Assembly (NCBI GenBank): GCA_016748015.1
Contig: JAAOMT010000727.1
Span: forward strand, 158,203 to 222,202
Direction of reading: 5' to 3'
Length of the DNA: 64,000 bases
From: Geosiphon pyriformis uo1
Taxonomy: Eukaryota; Fungi; Glomeromycota
Under the pieces are notes generated by a model. It worked only from the letters and a program-made list of their open reading frames with translations. It ran no database searches and was not told the origin of the DNA. A program made the position numbers and the translations under genes. This document shows positions 49,947 to 61,982 of the stretch, piece by piece; position 1 is the stretch's first letter; every line of letters starts with the position of its first letter.

Positions 49947-52542
49947 GGTGTTTTGCGTGTTTGTTATGGTTCGAGAAGATATGGCCTAATATATGTTTGG
50001 TTCGTGTCAATGACGTTTCAGATCTTTGATTTATCAGTATAAATTTACTATTTAGGTAACAAACCCGCCTTTGTTAAATTACAGGAGTTTTTACTCTATA
50101 ATATAATTGTTTTTTTAATAATTATTGTATTATGCAATATTCATTAAATTATTTTTTTTGGTTAAATTAAGACTATTATTGTTTTATATATTTTAATATT
50201 GAATAAAATTCGTTTTATTATTTTAAAATAAAAATAATTGTAAGTTTTAAAATTAAACCAGTATTAAATATATTTTTATTATTATTTTGCATATATATAT
50301 GTAACTTTATATTAATTTTTAACTTTTTAAATAAGTTTATATTTAATTTATAAATAAAACAGATTTAATAATGTTATTTTTAATTAAATATAATTTAATT
50401 AAAACTTAAAATATGTAACAAAAATATTACTTACATATTTTTTATATATAACCAATAATTTAAACTTATAATAAGCTATATAAATTAAAAAAACTATTTG
50501 TTTTTATTTTATTTATGTTTTTAGCAACTTTTATTTAAATACTAATTTAATTTTATTTTAAACATTATATATTTAAGTTTTAATACTTTATTATTACTTT
50601 TATATTATTATTTTATATTTTTACAAAATTATTAATTAATTATTTTTATTTTTATTAAATAAATTTATTATTTTTTATTATTTAAAAAACATATATTATA
50701 GTTTTTATAAATTTTTAAACAATAAAACAATAATATTAATAAAATTTTTAATTTAAAAAAATAAAAAAACAGTTTTTAAAAAAAAAATTCTGTTTTTGTT
50801 ATATTTCTATTACTATTTTACAAAATAATAATTTTTTTGACTTAAATTTAATAGCTATTATTAATAATTCTATATTGCTAATGCTGCTATTGGTTCTAGT
50901 TTTATTCTTTCTGTCAAAACATTACACCACTTTCTTAGCATAAAAGACAAACCCCTTTTTGGTAATACTCATCATATAGTCAAAAGACTTTATAAAACTG
51001 TTAATCTTCTTGGGTGGAAATTCAAGTACATGAATGACATAGTTGATAAATCATTCAGTGACCTGATAGACAAGCATTGTACTTTTGATATATGGCATGC
51101 AAATGGTCAGATTAGGTCTGGTTACACAAGTTCTGCTTCTGCAATGCTCTATTTGTACTTTATAAAGACTTTACACTATCAGCTGTCTGTGGCCAAGAGA
51201 AAAAGGTTATATAATTTGGGTTATCTTAGTGTATTGTGCATTCAATATAGACTTTTAGAAGATTCAGATTATATGTTTGTTTATATTTCTAATGTCAACA
51301 TTCATAAAGACTTAATTTTGAATACTATCAAGAATTGGACAAATTTGTTGGGTGTACATATTACTTGTAATATGGTGGTTCACTCATTTTGTGAGGCTAT
51401 GAGCTTGAATTGTCTGTATATGTTTTTGTTCAAAGACTTTGTGTTGAAAAACTGGGTGGCTGAGGCAAAGGATTTATTAAGGAATAATTCAAATAGTGAA
51501 TCTTTGGTCATTAATCTGGTTTGCCATTTTGCTGAGAGTCATAGATTTAGTGTATGGCTGCCAAGAGCCAAACTGAGAGCCTATTATGAGAAGCATGATC
51601 TTTTGCCACGTGATGGATTCATAATTTTGGCATTAAGCTAGATATACATGTATGTTTTAATCTTTATCTTCAATTAGATAGTGTGCAGTTTAGTTTTCTA
51701 CATGATTTTTTTATGACTGGTATTTTTAGTATGTAGTGTCATTTTGATTGGCTTAAATAGCTGGTTACATATGGAAAATGCATGAGCCATACTTAATATA
51801 AAATCTGTTTGGTTTTATGTAATTAGGTAGTAATTGGGCTGTATTCATTAAACTTAATAAAAAAAAATAATATAATTAAAAAAAGTCAATAAATAGAACT
51901 ATTTATGGTTTTATAAATAATATTTTTACACAAAAATTTAAAGTTTTGGTGAAAAATATTAAAAACTTAAATAATAAAATAATTTTAATTTTAAAAATAA
52001 TTTTAGATAATATTTGTATTAAATAATTTAAAAACTAATTTTGCAAAAAAGATATTTTTTTTTAAATATTAATATTAATTAAAAAACAAATAATAAAAGT
52101 AAGATTTTTTTATATTTTTAATCAAATATTTTAAACCTAAAAAAACAAATACAAATAAAATAATAGTTTTTTTATTTTATATTTTATTGCTTTAAATTTT
52201 AAATATTAATTTGTTAATAATTGTTAAAAAATTATTAGATTTATATTATCTTTAAAAAAAATTTGCAAAAAATTATAACATTAATTAAAAATAAAAAAAT
52301 CTAAATAAACAATAATCTTGAAAAACAAAAAATATATTTAAATTAAGTTATAATTTTCGAAAAAAATTCATAAATATTTTTAAAAAAATAATTATTTTAG
52401 TTTTATTTAAATTTAATAAAATTATATTAATCTAATAATAACTGATTAAACTATAATAAAAAGTTATAATAAAATTTGTTAAATTTAATCAGATTAATTT
52501 ATTGGTTTTAAAATATTTTTTTAATTAATAAAAATTTTATAT
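49947..52542 (-). promoter_or_regulatory. Promoter/upstream block shared with the gene at 16786-19572 (interrupted by a LINE fragment)
   Basis: Homology to 19573-20947. Retains TGACGT at 50011-50016. Confidence 0.78.
50875..51865 (+). mobile_element. 5'-truncated LINE (ORF2 C-terminus + 3' tail + poly(A)) with ~9-bp TSD
   Basis: 'YFIKTLHYQLSVAKRKRLYNLGYLSVLCIQYRLLEDSDYMFV' parallels LINE ~10715-10850. TSD aattctata (50866-50874) / aataatata (51866-51874); the empty paralogous site aatactata lies at ~20182-20190. Confidence 0.9.
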
Positions 52543-53827
52543 ATATAATTAAGACTAATAAAAATTAAACAATATAAAAACAAAAAATAAATTTAAAATT
52601 GTATTGTTTATTTTGTTTATGTATATTATTGTTTATAATAATCTTTTAAATAAATCTAAAAAAATTTACATTATAAATTATATATATTATTATAAAATAT
52701 AATATATAATTATTTATTTTAAGAATAAAAAAATTTGAAATTTATTATATTATTTGTGTTTTTAGTAAAAATTATATTTTAAATATTTTAAATTAAAATA
52801 TAATTTACTTAAAAGATTTTTTAATAAATTCTAAAAATATATGTTTTTTTAAATTAATTAGTCTTATTTTGTTAATTTTTATGTTAAAAAAAATGTTTTA
52901 TTTTTTATATAATTATTTATAATAATAAATTATAAATTTAAATAGTTGGTTTTGGCCAAATTTTTGGTTAAAATATATTTTATTTAATGTTTTTTTTAAT
53001 TTATTTTTTTATTTATAGATTTTAAATAAATATTTTAAAATATAATATTAGGTTTTTGTTTAATTAAATCTTATTAATATTTTTTAAATTAGATATCATA
53101 TTTTTATTTGCTGTTTTTTTTAGTTTATAGTTTTTTTTTAATATTAACTTTTAATTTTAATATGATTTTAGACAATATTTTTAAGAAAATTATTAATATA
53201 TTGTTTATAAACTTTGGTTTTCTGTTTTTTTAATATTTAAGTTAAAATATTTTAAAGCTAAATTGATAAAACTTTTATATTTTAATATTGTGTTATTAAA
53301 ACTTAATAAAATATTCTTAAAAATAAGTTATAAATAGTTTTTTTTTAATATTTAATTTAATTTAAAAAATATTTATATGTAATATTAAAAGTATAAAAAA
53401 TATTGTTAAGTAAATTAATATTAATAAATAATATAAAAATAATTAAAATTTAATTATTATATTTATTAAAACTAAATTAAATTTTAAATTATAATAAAAT
53501 TAAAATTTTGTTTTTAATTTTAATTTTAATTATTTGAAATTTGGTATTATAATTTTTGTAAACAATAATTTAGTTAGATATATATACAAAATTTTAAAAA
53601 TAAATTAATAATTATTATTATTTAACCTGTTTAAATATAAATGTTTTGTTATTTTTTAAGATTAAATATTAATATTTTTTTAAATATATAATTGGCTTAG
53701 ATAAATAAAATTAATTTATAACCAAACTGTAAATAAATTTTTTTTGTTATTTTAGATGACAATTTTAATAAAAATAAATTTAAAAAAATATTAGTTTTAA
53801 AAAATATTTTAATTTAGATTTGATTAA

Positions 53828-56095
53828 TTTTTTTTTTATTAGATTTAATGAACAAAATTCAACTACTATTTAAAAATTAAGAACAAACTAAGTGTTTTAG
53901 TGCTAAATATAGTTCATGTACTTTTTATATGTAACCAGTTATTTAAGCCAATTCAGACTATATTATATTGATATAATAAAAAAAAACTTATCTAAAAACA
54001 ACATTTTCTAAATAACTTTAAACAAAATAATACTACAAAAGACCAATTTAATCAGCCATTTGGCTGTCTTCAAAGAGTTAGTTTTAACACTAATAGATTC
54101 ATATGCTCAAAAAAACATCAAGTTAAAAAACATATTATTATTTATGTTAATTAAACACTCCAAATTACCAGACATATCAATATTATTTATGCAGCATTTT
54201 TTCTTCAAAGAAACCATTTTTCTTCCCAACTTACCAACAATTTTGTTAAAAAAACCCAAATAAACCAAACTTATTAATCTTTAAACTAAAAACACTGCTA
54301 AAAATAAGATTGCTTTTAATAAAATATTTAAATACAGTAATTAATACACCAATAAGTTTATTAATTGATTCAACTAAAGTTGACAACTTAACCAAATCAG
54401 ATTCTAGAGATACCAGCCAAAAAAAAAACAGAAAATTAACAACAATTACAGAAAAAGAAACAGAAGCTACCAAAAAAAAATTCAAAAGAATTTAAATAAA
54501 TAAAGATCTTAGCATAAAAAACATTACTCATAAAACATAATTTGAATATTTTAGGAGCCATAAAAAAGGAAGATAAGAAAACTGTATAGTTTGCAGTTAA
54601 ATGGCTCATCTCTTGGCATTTAAAGCAGCATTGACAATTAGAAGTTTTTTACTAAATACAGCATTTTTTTAATGTATCAGTCTTGACAACTAGAGAATTC
54701 AAATCAATTTAAGAGCCAAATATAACCAGAGCAAATTGGAAATGAGAACCAAAATCAGATAAATGAAAAATGAAACAAGTTTGACTACCAACTTGAAAAA
54801 TTATATTATTAATCTCAAAAGCAGTATAGCCAAAAGAAAGATTAACCAATTTAGTTCTAAACTTATTATAAGACACAATAATTTCTTTTTGATTCACAAA
54901 AGAAAAAATCCAAATACTATCTTTGTTTACTAATACTAACTAATAATTAAGAATAAATGCAACAGTTTTTAATTCATTAAAATAAGCAACTACATATTAC
55001 CAAATACCAATAGGCTTTTACTAAAAACACCAAAAGCTAATTTAATATTAACAACAGACATATTCAAGAGCATATTATGCAGTACAACAACAGCAAAAAA
55101 GAAACCAGACTTAGAAACCACTGAAGATTTGGCAATATTAAAAGTAACAAAACAAATAAAACTTGTAAGCTCAATCAGAAATACAGCATCCAAAGAACTT
55201 TGAAAAGCAAATTTCATATAAAAAAGCTTCAAATTGTTTTTTGTCACTAACTTTACATCCAAAAAACCATGTACAAACCAAAAAACAGCTTTAACATAAA
55301 CCAATTTGATCTTAAAAGTATTACCAAGTACTAGAATAAAGACTATCTACTTATTAAATCTTTGACAACTAGTAATAGTTTTACAAATATTACCAATAGC
55401 AGCACCAAAAACCAGAGAAAATAATTCAGTTTCTATTTGATCAGTCCAATTCTCAAAAACAGATGACTCAATAAAAAATGATTATTTTACTTTTAAAACT
55501 GCCAAAAATTTATTAGAAAGCATCACATTTGGCAATACAGCCAGTAATTAATCTTGGTCTATCTTAGATAACATACTAAATAATATAGTAAAGATTTTAC
55601 TTAAGATCTTAGTTAGAATCACAAAGAAGTTCAATATAACAATAGCAGAGACAAACAATTGCTTTCATTTTTTGAGATATTGGTTTTTTTGACTATTTTG
55701 TTTGAAAAAATAATACTAGTAACATCAAGTATAAAAGCAATAGTAAAAAAGACCAGTTTGTTAACTAGTCTGTTATTAAAAATCTTTGGACTCTTGAAAA
55801 GAATAAAAACAATATTGGAACTAATTTAAGTATGTTTTTTGAAAAAATTTTGATTAGTAAAAAACCAGCCAAAAATGAAAAAAATGTTTTAGCAATCATT
55901 AAAGACAGTTTTTCATTATTAATATCTAAGAAAAATATAGTCAAGACATTATGTTTAATTATTTTAATAACAAATAGACTTTTTTATATTGAAACTTTAT
56001 TAGTTACTATAAGAAAAGTAATAATTGCAGTTTTTTTACTCTTTGTTCTGATTGTAATCATAAAATTAAGAACACAAAGAGTTTTTCTGAGTTTT
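53828..56095 (-). mobile_element. ORF1-only non-autonomous non-LTR element (HAL1-like), copy 3
   Basis: Reverse complement of copies 1 and 2; poly(T) at ~53828-53837; 'LVSLESDLVKLSTLVESI' and 'KFRTKLVNLSFGYTAFEI'. Confidence 0.87.
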
Positions 56096-56839
56096 TTGAT
56101 TTTATAATAAATAATATTACTTATAAAATAATATAAAAAAAATAATATAATATTAAAATTTTAAAAAACCAAAAAAAATTTTAAAAATTTAAAAATATTA
56201 AAAATTTTAATAATTATTTAAAAATATATATTTTTGTATTATAAAAATTTATATAATAATAATAATTTTAAAAACAAAAAAAACATTAAATTATTAATTT
56301 ATTTAATTTAAAAGTTAATAAATTTAGTATTTAAAATAAAAATTTTTATTTAATAAAAACACAATTATTATATTAAATTAAATTAAAATATTTATTAAAA
56401 TTGTATATATATATAAATCATAATTTATTTTATTAATAATTATTTATTTTTAATATTAAACTTATTAAAACAATCAATATTAATAGTGCTTATTTAAAAA
56501 ATCTAATAATATTAAAACAATAATTTTTAATTATAATTATTAACAAAATATTAACTTTTTATTTATTTATTTTGTATTATTATTTAATTATTAATTAATT
56601 AAAAAAAATTTCAAAATTACAAGATTAAAAATTGTTTGATAAAAAATATAAAAACAAATATAAAATTAATTTATTAATAATTAAATTACTTATTAAAAAA
56701 ATATAAAATACTAGAATAAACCAATTATTATGCCAAAAAAATTCAATACCAAATATTTTTAATTATTATTACTTAAATCTTTGTTTATTATACAAAAAAC
56801 TTAATTACCAAAATTTTAAATTTAATAAAATTCTTAATT

Positions 56840-57370
56840 TTATTAATTAGTACTAACTTATAAATTATTTATTTATTTATCTATTTGTAATATTTGGTGT
56901 TTTTTGTAAAATATATTTTATAAAAAATAAAACATAATTAGTAATTATTTAACAAAAAAACAAAACTAAAATTTATAAGATTATTATGTAAATATTTTCA
57001 AAAAAATTTAAAATTAACAATTAGTTATTTTTTAAAAGAATTTAAATATAATTTTTACATAAACAAAAAAATAAAATATAGTTAAAAAAAATTTAATTCA
57101 AAATTTATAAAACAGACTTTTATAAAAAGCTTTATAAAATTATATAATTAATAATATTTAATATTTTGTTTAATATTTTAGCAAAAATTTATTTAAAAAT
57201 TAATAAATATTCAAAAAAAAATTTTATTAATTATAATTAATACAATATTTAAATTATTATTATAAATATTAGTAGCAACTTTTAAAAAAAAAATATCTTC
57301 ATAAAAAAATTTCAAAGATATTTTATTATTAAAATTATCTTATTATTATCTATTATAAAAACAAAAAAAA
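56840..57370 (+). mobile_element. Extremely eroded family A-related LTR end/PBS and gag 5' region
   Basis: 'tttgtaatatttggtgttttttgtaaaatata' (~56884-56915) matches the LTR/PBS junction at ~59125-59155; 'aatttttacataaacaaaaaaat' matches ~35415-35440. Confidence 0.55.
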
Positions 57371-57499
57371 ATACCTAAAAAAGAAAATTTCTTTCTTATC
57401 AATTCTTTGGTTATGACAAAAATAAAATTATTGAACAAATAGTTTTTTTTTCTTTTTTTTCTTTTTGTCTTTTTTAGTTATTTTTTCTAATTTTTCTTT

Positions 57500-58257
57500 T
57501 TTTATTATAATAAAACTAATAGGCTTTTTTGCTGATGGTTCTAATTTGAATTTAGCTGGTTTGGAAATATGCTTAAGCACCAAAAAAAAGTGAATAAAAA
57601 ATATATACTCCTGTAGTGTATTTTATAAAAAGCCAAAAAAGTCTAATATAGGTGTTAATATAATCAATTTGTCTGCTGGCTCTTTAAGCTTTAAAGATAT
57701 TGGTGTTTTAAGATAACAAAATTAGTAGCAAAGTTAGTAGTATTAACAGTCTATTGGATGTGAAAAATATAAGAAACATAGTTGCTAAAAAGACTAGTTA
57801 TGTGAATTTGGATACTTTGGTAATTAATAAAAATATAAACAATATTATATTGTAAAAAACTTGTACTTGAACATATGTGTTGAGTTAATTATTAAAAGCT
57901 CTTTTATTTGTGAATTTAAGTAATGATAAAAACATTTTAATATTTCTATAATTTAAGTTCAATGATTCCAAACAACTTTTATTAATTAGGTCATATGTTT
58001 TGAAAAAATAGAGTTTTAATTTGATAAACTTTTTTATATTGAATATTGAGCTTTTTGCTGTGCTTTGAAAATTTTCTGGTGATAAGTTAATAGCAATAAA
58101 AAAAATTTTCTATTGTGTTAATAATTTTGGGAGAGCATTAACTTCTTCAAAATTTTCTGGTATAATTAAATCATTTTTTATATTTAAATTTAGTTTAAAA
58201 AAGACTAGAAAGTTGGCAATTAGTAAAAAATTTTAGTCAATGATAATATTAGAATAA
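57500..58257 (+). mobile_element. 5' part of a LINE ORF1, truncated by an LTR insertion
   Basis: 'KLFILNIELFAV', 'KKIFYCVNNFGRALTSSKFSGIIKSFF' parallel the ORF1 at ~31440-31610. Confidence 0.72.
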
Positions 58258-60365
58258 TATTACTTATAAAAATTAGGAATTATAATAAGTAAATAAAATA
58301 GCCAATCAAAAATAGACATAGTAAAAAAATTACAGGATTTCAGAATTCCAAAATTCTAAGATTTTTCTCAAAAAATTACAGGATCTCAGAATCTCAGAAT
58401 TTCATAATTTTTTTTGAGGAATTACAAGATCTCAAAATCTCGCAATTTCAATTTTTTTTTAAAGAAATTAAAAAATTTTAAGAAATTTTATATAATACAA
58501 ATTATATATATAGTAAGAATATTAAAAGCAAAAAAATATTTGATACTATTTAACTTAAAAATAGCAAATTATTTTAGAACTTTTTCTTCAAAGGATAGTT
58601 TTCTATAATTTAAAATAGAATTACATTAATATCAATAAAATTATCTAATTATCATCTAAATTTATGTTTTTGTTATTTAATTAAAAAATATTAATCATTT
58701 TTTTCATCATTAACAGCTTATGTTTATAAACTTTAATACTTAATCACATTAAATTAATAGTTCTTGATCATAGTTATTGATAAGATACTAATTTTTTATT
58801 TTTATTTTTTTATTTTTTGTTGCTTATTAATTAATAAAAAAATTAAGTGCTAAATATTTAACATTAAGAATAGCCTGGTAAAAAACTTAAAAACAAGGAT
58901 AGAAATTTAAGAATAGCTTATCAGAAGGGCATAACTGCCAGAATAAATTGGCCATTATACTAAAAAAAATTCACAAAAAAAACCATTAATTAAATATCTG
59001 TTTATTATACAAAAAACTCAACCAAAACTTTCAGACTTCAAAACCTTTAGAAATTACCAAAATTTTTTAGCTATTAAGTACCAAGTTAGAAATTTGTTAT
59101 TTGTTTTAACACTTCAAATAATTATCTGTAATATTTGGTGCTTTTTGTAAAGTATAATCTAACAAAAAACTAGCATCAATATTAATTATCTGAAAAAATA
59201 ACAGACTAAAAATTATAGAAAAAAATCATTTAAAATTTGCCAAAATTTTTATTTCAATATTATTAAACTTATTTTAAATTGACAAGTAACTATTAGTTAA
59301 CTAAATTAGTTTCAATTTCTATGCCAACAAAAAAATTAAATTTTACTTAAGAAACCAAGAAGATCCAGAAACTGTCCTCAAAAATTTCTACAGTAAATTA
59401 CTCCAAAGCACCATACTTTCACAAAATTATTTGTTTGTCTTACTAATTATAAAAATAAATCAGAAAATTGAGAATTACATCCAGTAGAAATTTTTTATTA
59501 TCTTTGCAAACAAAGAGAAATTACAAACTTCAGCAGAAACACCAAAAAAAAAAACCATCTATTTGAAAGAAACCAAGAATTATTTCATGCATTTATTTGT
59601 TATACTATTATATACCAAAAAGTATTATCCATATACTATCAAAATTTATATTATTAATTGCAAAAACATTTTTATCCAAAGTACTATTCTAAAATAATCA
59701 AAAATAAGCCAAATTATTAAGAATCTATAGCAATTTTTTTGAAAAATTTAAATTGTGATTAACAATATTATTAAGATTTTAATCACAGAAAAAGAAGACA
59801 GTGATTAGAAAAATAATAATTAAAATCTGATTTTAAATAACTTGAAAGTACAAATTTTGATTGTTTAAGCTCTACAAAACTTAAACAATCTAAATTTGCT
59901 CCTATTATTTGCCAAAACTTATCTTCAATTATTGTGATTAATCTACCAGTTGCATTAATTACTGCACAATAACAGCCTTAATTACAATCTTAACAACAAC
60001 CACAATAATAATTACTACTAGCACTAATGGTTTATACACACATTATAAAACTTAAAAAGTTCACTAGCAAAAAAAACAATGTCTAAACATGGCTAAATAA
60101 TATAGTAAAAGCCATTGCAGTCAACAGATAGGATAACATTAGAGCCTTTTAAGCAATTTTTTATTTCTTACAAGACACTGCTAATTCATAATATCAAAAT
60201 TTTGTAAACAAATCTCAAGATTTTGATGCATTCAAAACTGTATTTCTTCAGTATTTTAGCAATAATAATAGCATTAATTATTTGTTAATTAGCTTTACTA
60301 TTATTAAGCAAAATAATATTAAAGTAATTACCACTTACTTAAGATGTTTCTATAGAAATCTGTGC
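58258..60365 (+). mobile_element. Gypsy family A, copy A4: 5' LTR (58258-59133, type R2), PBS, gag; cut by the A5 LTR
   Basis: PBS tggtgctttttgtaa at ~59136; gag ends at 'RCFYRNLC' immediately before the next LTR. Confidence 0.88.
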
Positions 60366-61982
60366 TATTATTTATAAAAAAAAGTACAAAAAAGAAAGTA
60401 AGAAAAACAGCCAGAAAAATAAACCAATAGAAAAATAGTATTTAATAAGTAAGCACAATATCAGTGAATTATATCACACTGCTTATTGTTATAAAATTAT
60501 AGCACATTGCTCAAAAATATGTAAGATCTTATATAATAAGAATTATATATATATAACAAAAGTGTTAAAAGCAGAAAAGTAAGAATTAATCCAGATAAGT
60601 TAATTGGAACTTATTAATTATCTAATATCTTTTTCTTTAAAAGATAGTTTTCTACAACTTGAAAAAGAATCAAAACAAGTTTTAATAAAAATATCAATTA
60701 TTATCTGAATTTATGCTATTATTATTTGATTAAAAAATATTAATTAATGCTTTACTATTAATACTTCATATTAATAGAAATTAATACTTAATTATATTGA
60801 ATTAATAGCTCTTAATTATAAATATTGACAGAATACTAATTTTTTATTTCTTTTTTTATTTTTTTTATTTTTATTTGTTTCATTTTTTTGTTGTTTATTA
60901 ATTAATTAAAGGAATTAAGTACTAAGTATTTAATATCAAAGATAATCTGATAAAAAACCTGAAAATAAGAGTAAAAATTTAAAAATAGCTTACCAAAAAG
61001 GCATAATTGTCAGAATAAACTAGCCAGTATACTGAGAAAAAAAATTCATGAAAAAAACCATTAATTAAATCTTTATTTATTATACAAAAAACTCAATTGA
61101 AACTTTTAGACTCTAAAATCTTTAACAAAGAACTAGCATTAATATCAACCATCTGGAAAAATAACAAACCAAAAAATCATAGAAAAAAATTATTTAGAAT
61201 TTGTAAAATTCTTATTTCAATATTACCAAATTTATTTTAAACTAACAAGTAATTATTGGCCAGCAAAATCAATTTTTAACTTCTATATCAATAAAAAAAT
61301 TAAATCATACTTGGGAAATTAAGGAAATCCAAAAGTTGCTCTTAAAAATTTCTATAGTAAATTATTACAAAGCACTATATCTTCACCAAAACTATCTGTT
61401 TGTATTACTAATTACAAAAATAAACAAAAAAATTGAGAATTATATTCAGCAAAGATTTTCTATTACTTTTGCAGACAAAAAAAAATTACAAACTTCAGTA
61501 AGAACATTAAAAAAAATATAACCATCTACTTGGAAGAAACCAAGAGCCATTTTATTTATTTATTTGTCATATTATTATATATTAAAAAGTACTATTCACA
61601 TATTATCAGAATTTATATCATTATCAACTGCAAAAACATTTTTATTTAAAGTATTATTCTAAAATAATCAAGAGAAAGCCAAGTTATTAAAAACTTATAA
61701 CAATTTTTTTGAAAGATTTAAATTGTAATTAACAACACTATTAAAACTTTAATTACTGCCATTTCAACCAAATTTTGGATCTACCAGTTATTGAAAAAAT
61801 ACCAAATTAGAAAAAAAAACAGTAATTAGGAAAATAATAATCAAAACCTAATCTTAAATAATCTAAAAGTACAAACTTTAATTGTTTAAGCTCCACAAAA
61901 CCCAAACAATTCAAATCTGCTTTTATTATTTACCAAAATTTATTTTTTATTATTGTGATCAATCCACCAGTTGCATCAATTA
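60366..61982 (+). mobile_element. Gypsy family A, copy A5: LTR type R1 (U5 end and PBS deleted at ~61122) + gag 5' region
   Basis: Starts tattatttataaaaaaaagtacaa (reverse complement of ~6155-6179). 'aaaatctttaacaaagaactagc' skips ~110 bp that are present in A3 and A4. Confidence 0.85.

Noticed and set aside
51030-51641. 203-aa ORF as a host gene
   Set aside because: It is the C-terminus of LINE ORF2 within a TSD-flanked, poly(A)-tailed insert.
46372-53827. DNA transposon or Helitron boundaries around the kinase effector
   Set aside because: No terminal inverted repeats, CTRR/hairpin end or transposase motifs could be identified.
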